DNA of 64,000 nt from the NCBI GenBank assembly GCA_031370645.1, contig JANMQV010000006.1, positions 1 to 64,000 on the forward strand, written 5' to 3'. This document shows positions 35,323-45,281 of this stretch, piece by piece. Under the pieces are notes generated by a model, which was given only the letters and a program-made list of their open reading frames with translations, searched no databases and was not told where the DNA came from. Numbering within the stretch: the first letter of the stretch is position 1; every line of letters begins with the position of its first letter. A program made the position numbers and the translations under genes. The DNA comes from Candidatus Eiseniibacteriota bacterium (lineage in GTDB: Bacteria > Eisenbacteria > RBG-16-71-46 > SZUA-252).

Positions 35323-38300
35323 CTATCTAACAACGGCGAACTTCTGGAACGAGACCTCGCTGGCGCTACCGCGGCGGGCTTCGATCCTAACCAGATATAC
35401 CCCGCTCGAGAGGTTTTGTAGCGGCAATTTCGTCACATTTTGCGCGGGCGCGGTCTCGCCCTGCATGGTTCGCACCACCTCCCCGGTCGGATCCAGGACG
35501 CGAATCTCGACCGAAGAGACTCCCGAATCGAGCGTGTAGGCGATCCCGATCTCATTGCCCCGAGACGGGTTGGGGAAGCAGTAGAAGGAACCCTTCGCGA
35601 CGAGAGCCCCCCGCGCGGCGGGTGCCGCCAGCTGGAACTCGTCGAGAACGGCGCTCCGCCGGCGGTCGCCATGGAGTCCGATCCAGGGAGTGCGAGCGCT
35701 CGTCCCGTCGGTGCTGAAGAGCGCGCTATCGGCCCGGACATCCGTCTGGTGGACGTCCCACTGGCCGAAATCCCCCACCGCCACCACGTGGAGCCACGCC
35801 GGCCCCGCCGGGTCGATCGGGACATCGGGTCCGTTGAGCGAGACCAACAGGGGCGTCGATTGGGTCGAGCGCTCCATTCCGAGGGGCCACCCGCTGACCG
35901 TCCGGCCCGTGGCGTCGAGCGCCACGAGAAGACCGTTGGTCAGTGCCACGAGCACATCCTGCGTTCCATTTCCGTCGAGATCCCCCACCACCGGCGAGCC
36001 CGAACCTCCACCGGCTCCGGCCCCGTAGCGAGACGCCAGTCGAACGGGCCAGCCGAGTGCTTCCACGCCGTTCCGGTTCCAGCGGTGAACCGAGCCCTGA
36101 TCGTCCACCGCCATGATCTCGGGGAAGCCGTCGCCGTCGAGATCTCCCGCGGCCGCGGCGCCGAGCGTCCCCGCCACGGTGACGGGCCAGCCGCGCAGTT
36201 CCGCGCCGCTCAGGTCGAAGGCGTGAACGGTCCCCCGTGGAGAATCGACCACGATCACTTCAAGTTCACGATTCGGGTCGCGGTCGAGATCAACGCCGAG
36301 GAGTGTTGGATTGAAATCGTTGACCCCGGTGATCGCGCGCCAGACGACATCGATGGCGCCGCCTCCCTTCCCGGGCTGATCGACGACGCGGAGGTAACCG
36401 TCCCGCGTGGCGTAGGCCATGGAGTACCCGCCAACGCCGTGGAAGCGCCCCACGGCGAGATTCCCCGACACCTCCGTCGTGACGGGCGTCGTGCCGTCGA
36501 GAAGCGTGTCGCACGCCGCGGATACGAGAGGAGCGATGGAAACACTGTCGGAAGGAGTCACGACGAAGACGCGACCGTCGCTCGTGCCGACGAGGATATT
36601 TCCGTCGGGCGAGAGGACCGGCCCCGTCGTGGCGTTGATGGAAGGATCACCGAGCGTCGGAGGCCAGCCGAAGAGTGAAATCGCCTGCCCCGCCGATTGG
36701 GAGTCGGGGCGGACGGCGTAGAGACGGCCGTCGTCGCAGGCAGCCACGATCCCCGCGCCGTGTCGTGCCGCCGGATTCCGCCGGAAGAGCGAGTCGACGA
36801 AGAGAACCGGCCCGCGAATCTTCGCGGGGAGCGGCATGAATTCACCGCTCTCGCGCCCGTTCACGTAGGGACGCCCGTCCCCCATCCAGGCGAGAATCAG
36901 GCTATCCGCCGCGGTGACGAGCGATCGTCGTCCGTCGTGAAGGAGGCTCCCGAACGTCGGCGCGCCGAGTCCTCGACCCACCGCGCTCAAAAGCGGCCAG
37001 CCCGGAAGTCGAATGGTCGACTCGACCGACACGATCATATCGACGGCGGGAGCAGAGAGGACGCGGAGCGTGACGTGGCTGAGGGCGCCGTCGTTCGTGG
37101 TCGTGCTCGGATTCGTATTCGGACCGAGGACGGTGTGGTTGCCGACGAAGTAGGGATCGAAGGGGCTCCCGTAGAAGTAGTACGACGCGGGATCCCCGAG
37201 GTCCTTGATCCCGTCCGCTTCCATGAGGCCGACGCCGAGCCGCTCGGGATTCGAATTGATGCCGAAGTCGGGATTCGCATTCGGCCCGCAGACGAAGCCC
37301 GCCCCCGTGCCCGACACCTCGCCGGTGACGGTGCAGAAGACGGAGGGATCGATGTGCCAGACGAGAATGCCCTGCCCCGGGAGGAGGAAGTCGTACTCCT
37401 TGTCGCCGGTCGTATCGAGCGGGTCGGCGCTCGAGAGTCCCGGCCCGAGAATGACGTTGGTCGTGGAATCGCGATCGAGATAGAGCGATTGATCGCCGTT
37501 CAAGTCGGTCTGACGATTCTCCACGAGGAGGTATTCGTCCCCGTCGAGCGGGATGTAGAGCAATCGAGGGTCGAGTTGCGTCGACTTCAAGGGAGTCGTG
37601 ACTTGCCGCTCGGGATCGGTGAACTCGAGCCCCGCAGGCCAGAGGAGCGACTTGCACCAGGGGTCGAGGCTCGTCGGCATGATGCCGCTGGCGACGACGA
37701 TGGCGCCCGTCTTCGAGTCCTGGAGCGCCGTGCCGAGGAGATACCCCGAGTCCATGTTGCTCCAGATGCCGACCGCCGGGAAGAACGTGTTGATGTCGTA
37801 GAGATCGGGAAGCCCCTGCGTGTGTCCGAACTCATGCGCGAGCGTGCCGTTGATGGCCCCGAAGTAGCCGTCCTGATTCTCCGTCTCCGGCATGACGAGT
37901 CCGCCGAAGATGCCGCGCGCGCCCCCGTTTACCGCGGCCGATTCCTCGAGAGAGATTTGGAAGGTCGGAAGGTCGCGCTGCGAGTCGCCGAGGATGTCCG
38001 ACTGGTAGTCGGCGCCGGCGTGGAAGATCGAGACGACGTCGAAGTCGCCGAAGGGAATCGAATCGGTGGCGTCGGCCGCCAGGACCGCGTCGCGGAAGAA
38101 GCGCTGCGCTTCGGCGAACGACTGACTCCCGAGCGTCCAGGGGCCGTAACGACCCGTGTCGCCGAGGCGGTACGCGCTGTTCTCCGCCTTCGGATAGACG
38201 TCGTACTCGACGACGAGCTGTCCGTACGACTGCTGCTTGAAATAGCGCGAGAGCGCTTCCAGGTGCGAGAGGAAGAAGCTTCGGTTGTGCGGCGGTGGAT

Positions 38301-38775
38301 CGATGACGATGCCGAGCGCCGATCCATCGCGGAGATCGAACTTGCCGTCGGAGGTGCTGGTGGCGCTCCCGAGACTGTCGGTGTCGAACTCGACGCGAAG
38401 GGCGAGCACTCGCACGGTGTCGGCCACGCCCGTGGTGGAGAGCGCGCGCTCGAGCCGACCGGCGCCGTTCGGCGCGAGGAGCGGAGGTTTCCGGCCGCTG
38501 ATCCAGGGAGATCGGCGTCCCCCGCCGAGATGCTCGGGGAAGGCGCGCCTTAGCGCGAGCCGGCGATCGGTGAGCATCTTCACCGCCTGGCGATCGGCGG
38601 CCGAAAGCGCTTCGGGCCGCGCCTTCGCCACGCGCCACGGCTCTCCCCGGCGGACGGGTGCGGTGGGGACCGGTGCCCCGGCAGCCTCCGCGCGGGAAAC
38701 AAAAGGAGCCAGGCTTCCGAACGAAGCCTGGCTCCCGAGGAGTAGCGTGACGATCCAGCGCTTCAGGCGCCCCAC
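35323..38775 (-). CDS. Immune inhibitor A (M6) metalloprotease with FG-GAP repeats and T9SS-type CTD
   Basis: IFHAG, AHEFGHTQGLPDLYD (HExxH), LLVENRQ, GILVWHID, GDLDGDG/GWP repeats, CTD FPNP...LSSGVYLVRI...QKFAVVR. Confidence 0.85.
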   Translation of the reverse strand: MGRLKRWIVTLLLGSQASFGSLAPFVSRAEAAGAPVPTAPVRRGEPWRVAKARPEALSAADRQAVKMLTDRRLALRRAFPEHLGGGRRSPWISGRKPPLLAPNGAGRLERALSTTGVADTVRVLALRVEFDTDSLGSATSTSDGKFDLRDGSALGIVIDPPPHNRSFFLSHLEALSRYFKQQSYGQLVVEYDVYPKAENSAYRLGDTGRYGPWTLGSQSFAEAQRFFRDAVLAADATDSIPFGDFDVVSIFHAGADYQSDILGDSQRDLPTFQISLEESAAVNGGARGIFGGLVMPETENQDGYFGAINGTLAHEFGHTQGLPDLYDINTFFPAVGIWSNMDSGYLLGTALQDSKTGAIVVASGIMPTSLDPWCKSLLWPAGLEFTDPERQVTTPLKSTQLDPRLLYIPLDGDEYLLVENRQTDLNGDQSLYLDRDSTTNVILGPGLSSADPLDTTGDKEYDFLLPGQGILVWHIDPSVFCTVTGEVSGTGAGFVCGPNANPDFGINSNPERLGVGLMEADGIKDLGDPASYYFYGSPFDPYFVGNHTVLGPNTNPSTTTNDGALSHVTLRVLSAPAVDMIVSVESTIRLPGWPLLSAVGRGLGAPTFGSLLHDGRRSLVTAADSLILAWMGDGRPYVNGRESGEFMPLPAKIRGPVLFVDSLFRRNPAARHGAGIVAACDDGRLYAVRPDSQSAGQAISLFGWPPTLGDPSINATTGPVLSPDGNILVGTSDGRVFVVTPSDSVSIAPLVSAACDTLLDGTTPVTTEVSGNLAVGRFHGVGGYSMAYATRDGYLRVVDQPGKGGGAIDVVWRAITGVNDFNPTLLGVDLDRDPNRELEVIVVDSPRGTVHAFDLSGAELRGWPVTVAGTLGAAAAGDLDGDGFPEIMAVDDQGSVHRWNRNGVEALGWPVRLASRYGAGAGGGSGSPVVGDLDGNGTQDVLVALTNGLLVALDATGRTVSGWPLGMERSTQSTPLLVSLNGPDVPIDPAGPAWLHVVAVGDFGQWDVHQTDVRADSALFSTDGTSARTPWIGLHGDRRRSAVLDEFQLAAPAARGALVAKGSFYCFPNPSRGNEIGIAYTLDSGVSSVEIRVLDPTGEVVRTMQGETAPAQNVTKLPLQNLSSGVYLVRIEARRGSASEVSFQKFAVVR

Positions 38776-38788
38776 GTCGATGGCGATC

Positions 38789-39760
38789 TTAGAAGTGGTA
38801 GCTGGCCGAGAAGCGGCTTGTACGATTCAGGAACTCCGACTGCGGGAACGACGCGTAGTCGAAGCGGAACCCCTTGTACGTCAGGCCGAGCCCGTAGGTC
38901 GCGTCCGTAATCGTGCCGATCGGGTCGCTGATGTAGCCAACCCGAAGCGCGATGAGCCGGTTGAACTCGTATTCGATGCCGGCATTCCAGACGCTCACGC
39001 CGAGTACCTCGTCCGGAAGGAGGAAGCGATTCGCGTCGGCGGCGATCAGGACCCGGTGAACCTCGTTTTCAAACGGGGTATAGGCGAACCCGATCTTCAG
39101 ATTGCGACCGAGCGGATCGGACTGATCCTCATCGATGTACGCGATGCTCGGGCCGAGGTTTTGGATTACCGCCGCGAAGGACGCCTTCCATTTCGGCACT
39201 TTGTAGAGGGTCCCGATGTCGGCGGCGAACGACGTGCCCCGTCCGGCGCGGCCGTCGAGGGTCACCGTGGCCGGCGCGAGATCGACCCGCAGCAGCTTCA
39301 GCGCCACGCCGAATCCGAGGTTGTCGCCGATTTCGGTTCCGTAGGCGATCGTCGGGGCGATTTCATAGGAACTGAATTCGCCGGTCACATTGCCGTCCGG
39401 ATCGGTTCCCTCGGTCTTGCCGTAGGAGAGATAACCGATCGCAGCACCGAGACCGCCCCATCCCTCAACATGCTGCACATACGCGAGGTAGGAGAAGTTG
39501 ACGTCGTCGGCCAGATCCGGCACGAGCTGCGTGTACATGAACGACGCGTCGTGGCCGCGGGCGAAGGCCATGGCGCCCGGATTCCACCAAATCATGTTGG
39601 CGTCGTCCGCCACGGCGACGAAGGCGCGCCCCATGCCGTCCGAGCGAGCCCCGGGGGCAATGAGGGAAGACGCCGCGCCGGCTTGCGACTGCGCGTGGGC
39701 TGTTCCGACCGTGCCCACCAATAGCAGGGCCGCCAGGCAGAGCGTGGTGAAACGAATCAT
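38789..39760 (-). CDS. porV: PorV/PorQ-family outer-membrane barrel
   Basis: APGARSDGMGRAFVAVADDANMIWWNPG, YTQLVPDLADD, QNLGP, LRVGY, C-terminal SYHF; AAGGAGG RBS; directly downstream of porU. Confidence 0.85.
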   Translation of the reverse strand: MIRFTTLCLAALLLVGTVGTAHAQSQAGAASSLIAPGARSDGMGRAFVAVADDANMIWWNPGAMAFARGHDASFMYTQLVPDLADDVNFSYLAYVQHVEGWGGLGAAIGYLSYGKTEGTDPDGNVTGEFSSYEIAPTIAYGTEIGDNLGFGVALKLLRVDLAPATVTLDGRAGRGTSFAADIGTLYKVPKWKASFAAVIQNLGPSIAYIDEDQSDPLGRNLKIGFAYTPFENEVHRVLIAADANRFLLPDEVLGVSVWNAGIEYEFNRLIALRVGYISDPIGTITDATYGLGLTYKGFRFDYASFPQSEFLNRTSRFSASYHF

Positions 39761-39823
39761 TTCGTAACCTCCTTCGAGACACTACAGAGGGATGCCGAAG
39801 CACCCCGCAGCCGAGACCTCTCA

Positions 39824-39852
39824 ATGGTACCGGAAATTGGGGCCACCTTCAA
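39824..39852 (-). promoter_or_regulatory. Internal sigma-70-type promoter upstream of porV
   Basis: TTGAAG-N17-TACCAT on the minus strand in the porU-porV gap. Confidence 0.55.
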
Positions 39853-39865
39853 GCGCGACACCCGG

Positions 39866-42800
39866 TTATCGAGTCCGAAGCGCGCGCCCGACCGCGTCCA
39901 CCCTGCCTGATCCCGCCGCTTCCGCCGTAACGTGAATGAGGTACACGCCGATGGCCACATTTTCTCCCCCTGAATCGCGCCCGTCCCACGGAAGGTAATT
40001 CTCCCCCGCCTTCCCGTCCGCCGACCACTCGCGCACCCTCCGACCCGCCACGGTAAGGATCTGCACCTTCAACCGGGCCGGCTGACTCAGGCGAACGTGG
40101 ACGTAGGTCTCCTTTTCGAACGGGTTGGGGTAGTTGAAGACCTGGCTCAACTGAAGCGGCCCGCCACCGCCGGCCGAGGCCGCCACCTCGATCACGAACG
40201 AGGCGACGCCGATATTCCGGTAGGTATCGGAAGCGTGCACTTCCATCCGGTGGGGGCCGGTCGCGAGGGGGGGCAGGGTGAGGATCACGCTCCCTCGCGT
40301 GCCGCTCCCGACCTGGTAGACGAACGCGGAGGTGAGGTTGATCGGGGTTCCCGCATCGTCGAAGAGGACGAAGACGGCGTGGGCGTTGTCGAAGCCGGTC
40401 AGATCGATGCCGCTCGAGTCCTCGATCGCGATCGTCACCTGGTCGCCCGGGGAATAGGTCGTGTCGGGGGGTGCGACGAGGGTGATGGTGGGAGGCGTGA
40501 CGTCGATGCGCGGGGAGAGCCCCTGTCCGATCCGAAGCGAATCGACCGCGAGCCCCACGCCCTCTCCGCCTGCCTGTTCGAGGAGCGCCTCGAGCCGCGC
40601 GCCGGGGCCGCTCACGCGCGCGTCGACCGGCACTGTGAACTGAATCGCGAAGGTGCCTGCCGCGAGCGAAACCTCGCCCTGGTAAAGCAACGGGCCGGGG
40701 AGATCGTACGGAGCGATTCCCGGATTCCCGCCGTTCGACCCCGTTTGAATTCGCCTCGACGGGGGCCCGAGAATCCGAAGACGGGCGCGACCCGCGGCGA
40801 GTGTGTCGGCGGAACCGTCCTCGTTGATGGCATGGCCGCGAAGGGTGACCTGCTCTCCGCGAAGGACCGAATCGAGCGCGCCCTTTTCCCACACCCCCCT
40901 ACCACGCGGGAGCGGCGGGAGAGTCCCGGGCTCGCCCAAGAGGGCGTACTTCCGGGCGCTGATATTGACGCTCTGATTCTTGGCGCGCGCCCACGCGAGG
41001 CCGACGGTGGTCAGACTGTCGACGCGGGGAGCGAGGGGAAAGAGCTGGTCGACGAAGCGGTCGTTCAACTCGCTGCTTTCGGTGCCGAAGACTTCCCCGG
41101 TCGCGGCGACGGCCGCCACGGCGCCGACGGTCGGTGCACGCACGAGGATCTCCGCCAGCCCGTCCGCCCCGCTCCGGTATTCGTCGAAACGTCCCACCGT
41201 GCAGCTCATGAAGCACCAGATCGCGGGAAAGGAAGTGTTCGTCAGCCGGGTGGCATCGGTCGAGCGGAAGACCTGCTCGTCGGCAAGGAAATTGTCGGTG
41301 CCATGCCCGATATAGTCGACGAGCCAGTTCTGGCGGTTCACCGCGGCGATGAATGCTTCCCGCGCCCCCGGCTTCGACGTCTTGAACGAGTCGGAGAATG
41401 CGTAGTCGTTCAGATAGACCTTTTCACGTGTGATCGGGAACGGGAGGTGGAATCGATCCTTCCGCTCCATTTGTCGCACGTGGTCCAGGCCGACTGGATC
41501 GAGTTGCTGCGGTTTCGACCACTTCCAGGCATCGTCGGCGCAGAGCAACGCGCGATTCCTCGCAAGATCGAAGGAAGTGTTCGATTCATAGATCCTTCGC
41601 TTGCCGCGAACCATCTCGAGCGCTTCCTCCGGCGTTCGCGCCGGAAGGCGGCCGATCGCGAGGTCGAGGAGCTGGTCGCCCGGTCCGTCGAGCCGGACGA
41701 TCCAGTCCTCGATCGAGTACTGCTCCTGGAGCTCGGTGTGGTGCCCCCGACTGTAGGTCGGTACCTGATCGATGACGCGAAGACCCGAGTAGTTGAGCGG
41801 ATCGAGCGATGCGTCGCCGAGGAGGCAGACATAGAGCGGAGGGCGCGCCCAGTGCCGCGTCGCATACGCGAGGAAATTTCGAAGCGCCGCGACGTCGGGA
41901 GTGCCGCCGGCGAATTGGCTGAAAATCCGATCCGTCGTCGCGACCCGCGCGATGGGGTTCGCCTCCCCGCTCAGGAAGCGGGACCGATCGGTGGCCAGCG
42001 ATTCCGCGGCGGCGAGGAAAGCCGGGGGCGCGACGACGATGTAGTCCGCCTGGTTCGCCGTATCGAGCAGGTCGCTGACGGTTCGCGCTCCCATCGGAGG
42101 CGCGTAGAGAGCGATGGCGGAGGGACGTAGCGCTCGCGTCGTGGAGAGGAGCGCATAGCGGGGACGATATCCGGGCCCCGCGCTGTCTTCGAGCGTGAGC
42201 GTGAAGGCGCCCGGCGCCCCACTCCAGGCGCCGCCGAACAATCGGACCGGACGGTCGGGGTCGGTGCGGTCGTAGCAGCGGACGGCGGCGCTGTCCGACA
42301 CGGCGCTGACCGCGTAGCGGAATCGGCCCGCGGCCACCGAGTCGGGCGCGGCGAAGAAAAGCGTGTCGGCCGTCGCCTGGAGCCGCCGTGAATAATCGAC
42401 GTCGAACCAGGCGATGTACTGCGCGTCGCTCCGATTTGGATCGCTCGGATCGTTGATGAGCGGTACGCCGACTTCGAGCGTATCGCGGATCGACTGCCCT
42501 ACCGCGAATCCTCCACCCGTCAGATCTTGCGGAAGCGAGAAATTCCAGCCCGCGCTATCAACAAGGGCGCGATTCCACGTAACGCGGGCGATGTGGTCCG
42601 GGATCGACGTCCCAATCGAGCTGTTGAATCCCCAGAGCCGAAGGCGGAGCGACGCGGCGCTTCCCGGAACGGCGCCCGGGAGCGAGAGCGGGTAGGCAAT
42701 GCGATTTCCTTCGACGATGATTCGATCGAACCATCGCTCCCAGGTGTAACCCGGCAGGAAGAGATTGATCTGGTAGAGCCGATTCGCCCCAATGTGAAGC

Positions 42801-44020
42801 CGGTGCACGTCCGTGGTCAAGAGCGGGGCGCTGCCGGACACCAACGCGGCGTCTCGCCCCGGGACGCGAAGGGGTGCCGTGACCGGCGGTCCTGATCCCC
42901 ACGTGAGCCAGTAGGGCGCTTCGAACGTACGGAGCGCCTCTTTAAATTCCTCGCCGCCACCGCGCTTCAGGTCGAATCCGAAACCGAACGCGCCGGTGCC
43001 GTAGAAATAGAGGGTATCGGCGGGGTCGAACGAGCCGTCACCCTCCCCTTTCACCTCGATCGCGCACTCGCGAAGCGAATCGGGGACGAGATCGACGTCG
43101 ACGCTCTCCGGAAGGTCTCCGGGAGAGGCGCGGAAGATTCGGAGCGTCGCGGGATCGATCGAACCGACCGCCACGCCCGCGGTGGCGAGGTCGGCGGCCG
43201 TCACGCGATAGAGCCCGGTGCGCGTCGTTGCGAGGCGAACCCAAGGACGCGACGGATCGACGCGAAGCGGCCCGCCCGCGGCGGTGGCGCGAGGGGCGGG
43301 GGAACTCGAACGCATGGCGTAGCGCGGTCCCGCGGCGGCGTCCGGCTCGAGCGCCACGGCCCGAGCGCTCGCCCGCGGTGTGCTCCCCGCTCCCGGCGCC
43401 AGCGCCTCGACAGGACGCTCCCACGAGACGTCAAGCACCACGTCTTCGAACTGCCACGCGCTTCCGGTCGCCGGCTCCCACTGCACGGGCGCGAGTTCCA
43501 CGGCGAGGATTCGCGTCCCTCCCACCGCCATCGGCGTGACCCGCCGAATCAGGTCGGCCGGCGGAGCCGCGGCATAGGCCGGCGAGGCGAGTGCCTCCCG
43601 CCAATCGCGAGTCCGCTGTCCTGCCCGCTCGCTCGGTTCCGTGACGAGCTTCGGTACCGGCGTCGGCCGGATCGCGCCAAGAGGGCGCGTCGTACCGGGC
43701 GTCGCGCGGACGTGCGGTTCCACACCCCATGGCACGCGGAGCCATACCGTGCGCGTCGGAATCTGCGGCGCTCCGTCGGGCGCGGTGTCGGCCCCGCCGG
43801 GAAGGAGCACCTCATCGAGGGGGACTCCCTCGACGTCGCCGTGCACCACGACGGCTTCCCCGATCGGAACACGGACGCGGTAGCCGAACGGGGTGGCGGC
43901 GGAGGTAACGAGCGCGGGAGGAAGCGACGCGGCGGCCGACGCGGAGGCCGCGGCTCCGCCGAGAATCGGGGCGGCGGCAATCGCGACCCATGCGAGGACG
44001 CCGGAGAAAAAGCGGCGCAT
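39866..44020 (-). CDS. porU: PorU-like C25 cysteine peptidase (T9SS sortase) with CTD
   Basis: TGLYRVT, DYIVVAP, ALRNFL, CLLGDAS, IGRLP, catalytic DYIGHG and MSCTVGRFD, YALLGEP, DVTPP, CTD NYPNPF...WDGRD...GVYL. ATG 44020. Confidence 0.85.
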   Translation of the reverse strand: MRRFFSGVLAWVAIAAAPILGGAAASASAAASLPPALVTSAATPFGYRVRVPIGEAVVVHGDVEGVPLDEVLLPGGADTAPDGAPQIPTRTVWLRVPWGVEPHVRATPGTTRPLGAIRPTPVPKLVTEPSERAGQRTRDWREALASPAYAAAPPADLIRRVTPMAVGGTRILAVELAPVQWEPATGSAWQFEDVVLDVSWERPVEALAPGAGSTPRASARAVALEPDAAAGPRYAMRSSSPAPRATAAGGPLRVDPSRPWVRLATTRTGLYRVTAADLATAGVAVGSIDPATLRIFRASPGDLPESVDVDLVPDSLRECAIEVKGEGDGSFDPADTLYFYGTGAFGFGFDLKRGGGEEFKEALRTFEAPYWLTWGSGPPVTAPLRVPGRDAALVSGSAPLLTTDVHRLHIGANRLYQINLFLPGYTWERWFDRIIVEGNRIAYPLSLPGAVPGSAASLRLRLWGFNSSIGTSIPDHIARVTWNRALVDSAGWNFSLPQDLTGGGFAVGQSIRDTLEVGVPLINDPSDPNRSDAQYIAWFDVDYSRRLQATADTLFFAAPDSVAAGRFRYAVSAVSDSAAVRCYDRTDPDRPVRLFGGAWSGAPGAFTLTLEDSAGPGYRPRYALLSTTRALRPSAIALYAPPMGARTVSDLLDTANQADYIVVAPPAFLAAAESLATDRSRFLSGEANPIARVATTDRIFSQFAGGTPDVAALRNFLAYATRHWARPPLYVCLLGDASLDPLNYSGLRVIDQVPTYSRGHHTELQEQYSIEDWIVRLDGPGDQLLDLAIGRLPARTPEEALEMVRGKRRIYESNTSFDLARNRALLCADDAWKWSKPQQLDPVGLDHVRQMERKDRFHLPFPITREKVYLNDYAFSDSFKTSKPGAREAFIAAVNRQNWLVDYIGHGTDNFLADEQVFRSTDATRLTNTSFPAIWCFMSCTVGRFDEYRSGADGLAEILVRAPTVGAVAAVAATGEVFGTESSELNDRFVDQLFPLAPRVDSLTTVGLAWARAKNQSVNISARKYALLGEPGTLPPLPRGRGVWEKGALDSVLRGEQVTLRGHAINEDGSADTLAAGRARLRILGPPSRRIQTGSNGGNPGIAPYDLPGPLLYQGEVSLAAGTFAIQFTVPVDARVSGPGARLEALLEQAGGEGVGLAVDSLRIGQGLSPRIDVTPPTITLVAPPDTTYSPGDQVTIAIEDSSGIDLTGFDNAHAVFVLFDDAGTPINLTSAFVYQVGSGTRGSVILTLPPLATGPHRMEVHASDTYRNIGVASFVIEVAASAGGGGPLQLSQVFNYPNPFEKETYVHVRLSQPARLKVQILTVAGRRVREWSADGKAGENYLPWDGRDSGGENVAIGVYLIHVTAEAAGSGRVDAVGRALRTR

Positions 44021-44196
44021 CAGGTCCGTTCGATCTTCTCCGCTTCCTCGGGAAGCATGACGGGAACGCCGTCCACGACCGGATAGCGGAGTGCGCACGC
44101 TTCGCAGATCAGCTTGTCGGCCTCGCGATCGTACCGGAGATCGCCCCGGCAATTCGGGCAGACCAAAAGGGCGAGGAGCTCGTCGCTCAGCGGCAT
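44020..44196 (-). CDS. Trm112/YcaR-family small Zn-finger protein (58 aa)
   Basis: Below the track cutoff. MPLSDELLALLVCPNCRGDLRYDREADKLICEACALRYPVVDGVPVMLPEEAEKIERT; its TGA overlaps the porU ATG. Confidence 0.9.
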   Translation of the reverse strand: MPLSDELLALLVCPNCRGDLRYDREADKLICEACALRYPVVDGVPVMLPEEAEKIERT

Positions 44197-44221
44197 CGGA
44201 TCGGTCCTTCGTCGAAGAGGG

Positions 44222-45262
44222 TCAGAGCGCGGGCGGCATCGCGGCGCCGGCCGCCGGGGCGGAATCGAGAGAGGTGCCCTCCGGAGGGCTCGCCACGGCG
44301 ACCGCCTCCTCGAGATACACCCCCATCTTCAAGTATTTCTCCAGCCGCCGGTCGAGAAGTTCCTGCTTCGGCAGCCCGAGGAGGGAACGGATGTGGCGGA
44401 GAACCGCGTCCTTGAGTCGAATCGCCGTCTCGTCGGGATCGCGGTGTGCGCCTCCCAGCGGTTCCGGGATGATCTCGTCGATCACGTGCAGTTCGAGGAG
44501 ATCCTTCGCCGTCAACTTCAGGGCCTCGGCCGCCTGTTCCGCCTTCGAGGCGTCCTTCCAGAGGATCGCGGCACACCCCTCCGGCGTGATGACCGAGTAG
44601 ATCGAATTCTCCATCATCATGACGACGTCGCCGACGGCGAGGGCCAACGCACCGCCGGAGCCGCCCTCGCCGATTACCACCGTGACGATCGGCACGGGGA
44701 GATGCGCCATCTCGAGAATGTTTCGCGCCAGGGCCTCCGACTGGCCGCGCTCTTCCGCGCCGAGCCCGGGGTACGCCCCCGGCGTATCGACCAGTGTCAC
44801 GATCGGAAGGCCGAAGGAGGCGGCCGTCTTCATGATGCGAAGCGCCTTCCGGTACCCCTCCGGGTGCGCCATGCCGAAATTCCGGTAGATGTTCTCCTTC
44901 GTGTCGCGCCCCTTCTGGTGCCCCATGAGCACGAGCGGGAGATCGTCCACAACGGCGAAACCCGCGACGATGGCGGGATCCTCCCCGAAGCGCCTGTCTC
45001 CATGGAGCTCCATGAATCCGGGCGCGATCTGTTTGATGTAGTCGAGGGTGTAGGGGCGGCGCGGATGGCGCGCCAGTTTCACGCGCTGCCAGCGCGTCAG
45101 TTTCGCGTAGATGTCGTGGCGAAGCCGATCGGCCTGGCGTTCGAGCTTTTGCAGCTCGTCCATGGCCTTCGGATTTTCGGGCGTGGCGAGCCCGCGGAGG
45201 TCTTCGATCTTTCGCTCGATCTCGACGATCGGCTTTTCGAAATCGAGCCACGTCCCGTTCAT
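44222..45262 (-). CDS. accA: Acetyl-CoA carboxylase carboxyltransferase alpha subunit
   Basis: LDFEKPI, ARHPRRPYTLDY, LHGDRRF, GHQKGRDT, DTPGAYPG, GEGGSGGAL. Confidence 0.97.
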   Translation of the reverse strand: MNGTWLDFEKPIVEIERKIEDLRGLATPENPKAMDELQKLERQADRLRHDIYAKLTRWQRVKLARHPRRPYTLDYIKQIAPGFMELHGDRRFGEDPAIVAGFAVVDDLPLVLMGHQKGRDTKENIYRNFGMAHPEGYRKALRIMKTAASFGLPIVTLVDTPGAYPGLGAEERGQSEALARNILEMAHLPVPIVTVVIGEGGSGGALALAVGDVVMMMENSIYSVITPEGCAAILWKDASKAEQAAEALKLTAKDLLELHVIDEIIPEPLGGAHRDPDETAIRLKDAVLRHIRSLLGLPKQELLDRRLEKYLKMGVYLEEAVAVASPPEGTSLDSAPAAGAAMPPAL

Positions 45263-45281
45263 GTCGCCCTCCCGGCCTCGG

